From: Candidatus Geocrenenecus huangii | GTDB taxonomy: Archaea; Thermoproteota; Nitrososphaeria_A; Caldarchaeales; Wolframiiraptoraceae | Direction: 5' to 3' | NCBI GenBank assembly: GCA_023254095.1 | Contig: JALNLM010000001.1 | Span: forward strand, 1 to 64,000 | Length of the DNA: 64,000 nt | In this document: positions 58,921 through 64,000 of the stretch, piece after piece | Layout of the letters: each line of letters starts with the position of its first letter | How positions within the stretch are numbered: position 1 is the first letter of the stretch | Program-made: the position numbers and the translations under genes | Notes under the pieces: generated by a model | The model's input: the letters and a program-made list of their open reading frames with translations, nothing else | What the model was told of the DNA's origin: nothing | Databases searched by the model: none

Positions 58921-58938
58921 AATTGATGGTTGAGATTT

Positions 58939-59700
58939 ATGGATGCAAGTAAACGAGTTTTGTGGACAGAAGGTCTAACAAAATCATTCGGTGGGCTGTT
59001 AGCTGTAAATAATGTTGACATAAACGTATTAGAGAAAACAATAACTATGCTTATTGGACCTAATGGTGCAGGTAAGACAACATTAGTAAACCTGTGTACG
59101 GGTGTTCTTAAACCAGACTCGGGTAAGATATACTTCCTCGGTAAAGATATTACGGGATGGCCTTCCCATAAGATATATAGAGAGGGGTTTGTTAGAACTT
59201 TCCAGATACCTCAACCTTTCCTAAAGCTTACAGTATTAGAGAATGTGTTGGCTTCTCTAAAAAGTGATGCTGAATCACCTATCAAAGCTCCGTTGAGAAT
59301 GACATGGCTAAGCCGAGAAGAAGAGAGTATTGAGAGAGCCTTCAAGATACTCGCCAAGGTTGGTCTAGACGATTTGTGGTATTATGAAGCTTTCAAGCTC
59401 GGAGGCGCTCAACTCAAGATGCTTGAAGTTGCTAGAGCATTAGCTACCGGGGCTAAGCTTATCGCTTTAGATGAACCCATCGGAGGTGTAGATCCTGCAT
59501 ATGCTGGAGACATACTTGGATACGTTAGGAACATTAAGGAAACATGGAATGTAACCTTCCTGCTCATAGAGCATAGAATTGATATTGCTTTACCCTTTGC
59601 AGACTACGTGTATGTTATGGATCGTGGTAGCGTGATATTTGAAGGCTCGCCGAGCGAGGTCGAGAAGAATCCGAGAGTGATAGAAGTGTATCTGGGGTGA
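58939..59700 (+). CDS. livG: Branched-chain amino acid ABC transporter ATPase
   Basis: FGGL.AV, GPNGAGKTT, RTFQ, LDEP, IEH and V.EVYLG motifs. Confidence 0.92.
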   Translation: MDASKRVLWTEGLTKSFGGLLAVNNVDINVLEKTITMLIGPNGAGKTTLVNLCTGVLKPDSGKIYFLGKDITGWPSHKIYREGFVRTFQIPQPFLKLTVLENVLASLKSDAESPIKAPLRMTWLSREEESIERAFKILAKVGLDDLWYYEAFKLGGAQLKMLEVARALATGAKLIALDEPIGGVDPAYAGDILGYVRNIKETWNVTFLLIEHRIDIALPFADYVYVMDRGSVIFEGSPSEVEKNPRVIEVYLG

Positions 59701-59712
59701 AGGAGTACGGCA

Positions 59713-60420
59713 ATGCTTGAGACTTCTTCACTCTATTCTGGATATGGAAAGATAAAGGTTTTATTCGATATAAATTTCAAGGCTGAAGAAAAGAAGATAA
59801 CGGTTGTGGTTGGTCCGAATGGTGCTGGTAAGACAACTCTCCTAAACAGTATAATGGGTTTGGCTACGATACATGATGGCAGCATTTTTTTCGAAGGAAA
59901 GAAATTGAATGGACTACCAACTTATAAGATCGCAAAGATGGGATTAGCTTATCTACCTCAGATGGGTAACGTTCTCTCAGAACTAACGGTTGAAGAGAAT
60001 TTGAAAATTGCTGGATATCTCCTGCCCTCAAATGAAGTAAAAAACAGAATGATGGAGATACTCGATATGTTTCCCGTTTTGAGAGATTTTATTCAAAGGA
60101 AGGCGGGCACCTTGAGTGGTGGAGAAAGACGGATGCTTGCAATAGGTATGGCGTTGATGAAGAGACCAAAGATCCTGCTACTCGACGAAATGTCTACAGA
60201 TCTAGCGCCGATAATGGTCAAAAAAGTAATGGAGAAAGTCACACAACTTAGAGACGAGCTCGGATTGACCATAGTCATGGTTGAGCAAGTAGCTAGAAAA
60301 GCATTGGAAATAGGTGATAAGGCATATCTGCTTGTAAGTGGCACCATGAGGTTCGAAGGTTCGGCACAAGAATTACTACATCATCCTGAATTAGCCAAGA
60401 TGTATCTTGGAATAGCTTAA
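59713..60420 (+). CDS. livF: Branched-chain amino acid ABC transporter ATPase
   Basis: GYG, GPNGAGKTT, AGTLSGGERRMLA, LLDE, VEQ and YLG motifs. Confidence 0.93.
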   Translation: MLETSSLYSGYGKIKVLFDINFKAEEKKITVVVGPNGAGKTTLLNSIMGLATIHDGSIFFEGKKLNGLPTYKIAKMGLAYLPQMGNVLSELTVEENLKIAGYLLPSNEVKNRMMEILDMFPVLRDFIQRKAGTLSGGERRMLAIGMALMKRPKILLLDEMSTDLAPIMVKKVMEKVTQLRDELGLTIVMVEQVARKALEIGDKAYLLVSGTMRFEGSAQELLHHPELAKMYLGIA

Positions 60421-60521
60421 AGAATAGATCTAAAATGTTTATGACTTTGCCGCCAGCAGGTATTCTCCAAGACATTTGTAGAGTGACTGACATCGTGTTT
60501 AGGAGTTGGCTTTAGTGTTAA

Positions 60522-61361
60522 CTTTACGGTTTCAATCTCTGTTATGATTTACCCTTCTTCAGGCATGATAGCTGCTTCACATTATATCGAGGATTCCAGG
60601 TACTAGCAGACACAGAGTTTCAGAAAACCGGTAAACCAGCTAGAATAATCCCGCAGCCATATGCAGAATCTATTTACTCAACGGAGATACCTGACCTAGA
60701 CGAGACAATAGGAGGATACGGTAAAGGCTCCACTGTCCTTCTGGAGATACAGCCCAAAGTAAGTAGAGAACAATATAGGCTGATAGTATGGCCTTGTCCT
60801 GCTAGCTTTATTTCAAAGGGTAGGCCGGTGATAACTCTTCCAGGAATGGGTAGCACACTGAGAGATCTAGATGTATTTAATGAGAACTTCTTAATCGCAG
60901 AAGAAGAAAGAACCAGGCTTACTAGATGTTTCTTACAGAAAGATGCGTTGGAGGAACCCTATAAGAAATATGTAGTAGCTTATGATCCACTAGAAGGCAT
61001 AGGATACTTGGTGGATAAGCTTAAAGAGACCGCTGAATCCCTTTACGAGGCTCCCGGTAATCCTCCCAACATTCTTCTAAGTATAGATTCTTTATGCTTT
61101 AATTATATGTGTGAGGACGCCCTGAAGTTACTCTCTAGAATATCTGCGTGGACAAGGAGGAGGAACGGACTTCTATTATTTCTCGATAAATCTTCCCATC
61201 CTAGAGTTACTGTTAAACTCTCCTCTATAGCTTATGTACACCTGAAACTCTTAAGGATGCATGGATGTCTGATGCTTTTCGGGGTCAATCCTAGAACCCA
61301 CCTCTACGCATTACAAACCAAGAAAGAAACTCTGATGCCTCAACTAATACCAATAGTCTAA
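60522..61361 (+). pseudogene. 5'-truncated GvpD/KaiC-like (RecA-fold) gene; only the C-terminal half remains
   Basis: The frame is open from 60522 with no start codon until GTG 60828, yet reads FTLYRGFQV...YSTEIPDLDETIGGYGKGSTVLLEI. Later motifs are IDSL, H.KL...HG...FG..P.T..Y and L.PIV. Confidence 0.55.
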
Positions 61362-61515
61362 GAAGTCAGCAGAATAGACCATCTGGTTAATGATTGTTGT
61401 TCATACTCTACGCCGTATCATAGCAGAATGAAGATGTTGACGATGCTTACCTAGAAAGCGTCAGATTCTCAGAACTAATACTTATTAACACGTTTCTTCC
61501 TATTTCTCTTCGACG

Positions 61516-62256
61516 ATGACTCAGGAATTCATCATTGTTACTATTGGTTTACTCATTCTTGCTACGATCTCAGGGATGCTAGGGCTTGGCGTTGCTTTTG
61601 CAGCGGTGCCATTCCTTGGACTATTTCTTCCCGACCTTATTCATCAAGTACAGCCCCTCAGCCTTCTGTTGAATGGTGTAACTGCAATGTTTTCTGCATA
61701 CGGTTTTGCGAGCAGCGGCTTTGTAGACTGGAGGAAGGCTGTCACACTGGCGATCGTAACAACTCTATCCGCGCCTATCGGAGCTTATCTCGTACAGTTT
61801 ATAGACCAGATCTACGTGTGGCTTGTCTATTTTGTCTCAGTTATGTACCTTGCATATAGATTGTTCAAGCCTGTTAAAGAACGCATGGGTAAAGAGAATT
61901 TCAGAGTAGCAATTATACTCGCCATCCCCATCTCAATACTCTCTGGATTTCTCGGCGTCGGCCCTGGATTTCTACTTATGCCCACTCTTATCCTAGTTGG
62001 ATTTGACCCGAAGAGGGCTGCCGGCATAAACGCGTTTGCGGTAACTCCTCCTTCATTTTCATCTCTCATACCGCATTTACCGGCTGCCCAATGGAATATC
62101 ACGTTAACATTGCCACTCCTCATAGTAGGAGCACTTGGGTCTTTTGCTGGTGCAAGAATTACGAGTCTTTATATTCCGAGTAAAAGAGTTAAACAAATCT
62201 TCGGGATCCTCATAGTGGTCATGACGCTCTACAAGATATATACTCTAATCAGATAA
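61516..62256 (+). CDS. TauE/SafE (sulfite exporter, TSUP) family permease
   Basis: Repeated halves SGMLGLG and SGFLGVGPG...P.L; about 8 TM helices. Confidence 0.88.
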   Translation: MTQEFIIVTIGLLILATISGMLGLGVAFAAVPFLGLFLPDLIHQVQPLSLLLNGVTAMFSAYGFASSGFVDWRKAVTLAIVTTLSAPIGAYLVQFIDQIYVWLVYFVSVMYLAYRLFKPVKERMGKENFRVAIILAIPISILSGFLGVGPGFLLMPTLILVGFDPKRAAGINAFAVTPPSFSSLIPHLPAAQWNITLTLPLLIVGALGSFAGARITSLYIPSKRVKQIFGILIVVMTLYKIYTLIR

Positions 62257-62356
62257 CACTCCTCAACCATAAGGCATGTATGAAATCTTCAAATCATCTA
62301 GCGTCTTCTTAACCTAGTTGCTTATCTTGATAACCGAAGGCATACCACTAACGGTG

Positions 62357-62419
62357 TAGATCAGCGCTCAAGATCTCAATCATCCCTTAATGGTCAGCCT
62401 GGTCAGACACATCATCTAA
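62357..62419 (-). ncRNA. Candidate box C/D guide sRNA
   Basis: Minus strand ATGATGT-11nt-CTGA-10nt-ATGATTG-12nt-CTGA in intergenic DNA. Confidence 0.4.
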
Positions 62420-62538
62420 TTTAGTTTCTTGCTTCTTCATTTATTAAGATTTTCTATGTCAGCCCTACTTGAGGTATTCATGGTTTTTTGTACATTAAGT
62501 ATTTTTATTCTCCCTTCATATATGTTATGACCGGCGGT

Positions 62539-62922
62539 ATGAAGATTAGGATTGAGGCCGAGGTTTACCCTACTGAAAGTAGTGAAAAAGTCATCCAGGC
62601 GGCGAAGAACTTGTTCCCAACCATTAATTTCTATCTAGAGGATAGGGGAGGTGTACAGATCGTAGTCGGCGAGGGAGCCGGTCTAGAATCTCTAGAGAAT
62701 TTAAAGAACATGTTTAGGAACAGGAGGATTAGAGCTGCTGCGAGAAGTATTCTGAGACAGTCTAACCTTAATGGCAGAATGGTATTCCATATGAATAAGC
62801 AGGCAGCCTATGCTAGGCAGGCATCTTTCACTGAACCTTTTACGGAATCTCCTCTACCTCCGATAAAAGTAGAAGTAGAAGCCGACGACATAGATAAGTT
62901 GATTGAATGGTTAACCGAGTAG
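62539..62922 (+). CDS. DUF54/UPF0201 putative RNA-binding protein
   Basis: A.VYPTE..EKV..A..NLFP, I..AAR..L and NKQAA motifs. Start is 62527 or 62539. Confidence 0.88.
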   Translation: MKIRIEAEVYPTESSEKVIQAAKNLFPTINFYLEDRGGVQIVVGEGAGLESLENLKNMFRNRRIRAAARSILRQSNLNGRMVFHMNKQAAYARQASFTEPFTESPLPPIKVEVEADDIDKLIEWLTE

Positions 62923-62944
62923 GATAAGAGCGGGTTCCGACGAT

Positions 62945-63865
62945 CTAATCAGTGTATGGGACCTCATATACATGGAAGTCTTCTGCAAGAAACGTCTCGG
63001 GGAATATCCTTAAAGCTTCTAGAAGTAGCTTCTCTGAATTGTTTTCGTATCGAGGGCTTATATGGAATAAATATAGCCTTTTCACTCTTGCTTTTCTAGC
63101 AATCTCAGCCGCTTGTCTTGAAGTTGAATGTCCCTGTTCTGCAGCTTCTCTCTCATAACTTGAATCAAACGTTGAGTCATGAATCAATACTTCCGCTTCT
63201 CTCGCAAATTCAGCAATCCTCTCATCAGGAGAAGTATCTCCTGTATAGACTATCTTTCTACCGGGACGTGGCGGTCCGACAGCTTCTTCAGGCATAATAG
63301 TCTTTCCACCCCATTCAACCGGTTCTCCTCTCTGAAGCCTCCCCCACAAAGGTCCTCGAGGTAGCCCGACGCTTTCAAGAAAACCTACATTCATTCTTCC
63401 AACCCTACTCTTCTCTCTAAACATGTAGCAGAAGGCCTCGATCGTGTGATTAGACCTAATGGCCTCAACTTCATACTCTTTCGATTGATGTATTAATCCC
63501 TCACTACATCTTTTAACTTCTACTTCAAACTGTATTTTTCCATATCTAGTTTCCTCAAACATTTCTATGAGGTCTTCTATCCCTCTAGGTCCATAGACTG
63601 TGATGGGTTCTTTCCTATTCAGCATAGAGAGAGTATAAAGTAGGCCTGGCAGGCCTAATACGTGATCTCCATGAAGATGTGTTATGAATATGGTGAATCT
63701 GCTCTTGAATCCTACGCCTGCTTTCATCATCTGCCTCTGGGTTGATTCTCCACAATCGAATAGTATAAGCTCCCCACCATAGTTTACAGCGATTGATGGG
63801 AGACTCCTGCTAACGCTTGGAGTACCCCCGCTTGTACCGAGGAAAGTAAGCCTCAACGTACTCAT
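62945..63865 (-). CDS. rnz: Ribonuclease Z
   Basis: FLGT.G..P...R, FDCGE.TQ, ITHLHGDH..GL, exosite GP.WG.L, YTGDT, HDSTF, HST and HISPRY motifs. Confidence 0.97.
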   Translation of the reverse strand: MSTLRLTFLGTSGGTPSVSRSLPSIAVNYGGELILFDCGESTQRQMMKAGVGFKSRFTIFITHLHGDHVLGLPGLLYTLSMLNRKEPITVYGPRGIEDLIEMFEETRYGKIQFEVEVKRCSEGLIHQSKEYEVEAIRSNHTIEAFCYMFREKSRVGRMNVGFLESVGLPRGPLWGRLQRGEPVEWGGKTIMPEEAVGPPRPGRKIVYTGDTSPDERIAEFAREAEVLIHDSTFDSSYEREAAEQGHSTSRQAAEIARKARVKRLYLFHISPRYENNSEKLLLEALRIFPETFLAEDFHVYEVPYTD

Positions 63866-63999
63866 ACATACACCATTATTTTTCTTATCAGACTTCTATG
63901 TATTCTTATCTTATAATATTCTTGTAACCTGTATCCTGCGTCCGTTGCAATGTCCTCAATGCTTATTTCCTCAGGTGTCACCAAGGCTATTGTGCTTTC
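63862..63999 (-). CDS. C-terminus of a probable tRNA m2G10 methyltransferase (Trm11/TrmG10); partial
   Basis: Minus strand ends ...YKIRIHRSLIRKIMVYV*, matching the Trm11 C-terminal H(R/K)SLTR motif; ATGA overlap with rnz. Confidence 0.6.
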   Translation of the reverse strand, partial: ESTIALVTPEEISIEDIATDAGYRLQEYYKIRIHRSLIRKIMVYV

Positions 64000-64000
64000 A

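Noticed and set aside
62266-62343. Minus-strand fragment MPSVIKISN*VKKTLDDLKIS resembling an RHH antitoxin start
   Set aside because: Too short, interrupted by a stop, and with no toxin partner.
218-63364. Many 60-200 aa ORFs antisense to or nested within recognised genes (e.g. 8928-9470, 41380-41991, 49882-50385)
   Set aside because: Shadow ORFs of well-supported genes, Ser/Pro/Ile-rich, with no motifs.
1-64000. CRISPR array, rRNA, IS element or recognisable defence system
   Set aside because: No regularly spaced repeats, rRNA-like sequence, transposase or cas motifs were seen.

Overview
Gene-dense, roughly 40% GC chromosomal window from a thermophilic archaeon. Evidence: reverse gyrase, TiaS, class I CCA enzyme, Cdc48, an intron-containing tRNA and GGAGGTG/GGTGA ribosome-binding sites. 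A TACK/Aigarchaeota-like lineage is my inference only. No CRISPR array, integrase or transposase was seen. The first 13.6 kb is an energy-metabolism block: the lipA 5' end, a four-subunit Por-type 2-oxoacid:ferredoxin oxidoreductase, an unknown winged-helix/Cys protein, and one tightly coupled operon korDABC - double-FAD HdrA-MvhD fusion - HdrD-like - etfAB. The rest holds tRNA-processing genes (thpR, cca, rtcB, tiaS, rnz, trm11 end), three tRNAs, a trpB2-serA-aminotransferase operon, topoisomerases, a helicase, Cdc48, FNR and a split liv ABC transporter. Best candidates for undescribed systems: (1) the Kor-HdrA/MvhD-HdrD-Etf operon with its divergent regulator and tandem 17-bp palindromic sites; (2) a threonine-synthase-fold protein lacking the PLP lysine, fused to a PadR-like winged helix and divergent from an ECF S-component; (3) an O-phosphoserine-fed TrpB2 operon whose serA appears to start at ATA. 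All family calls come from motif recognition by eye; no searches were run.
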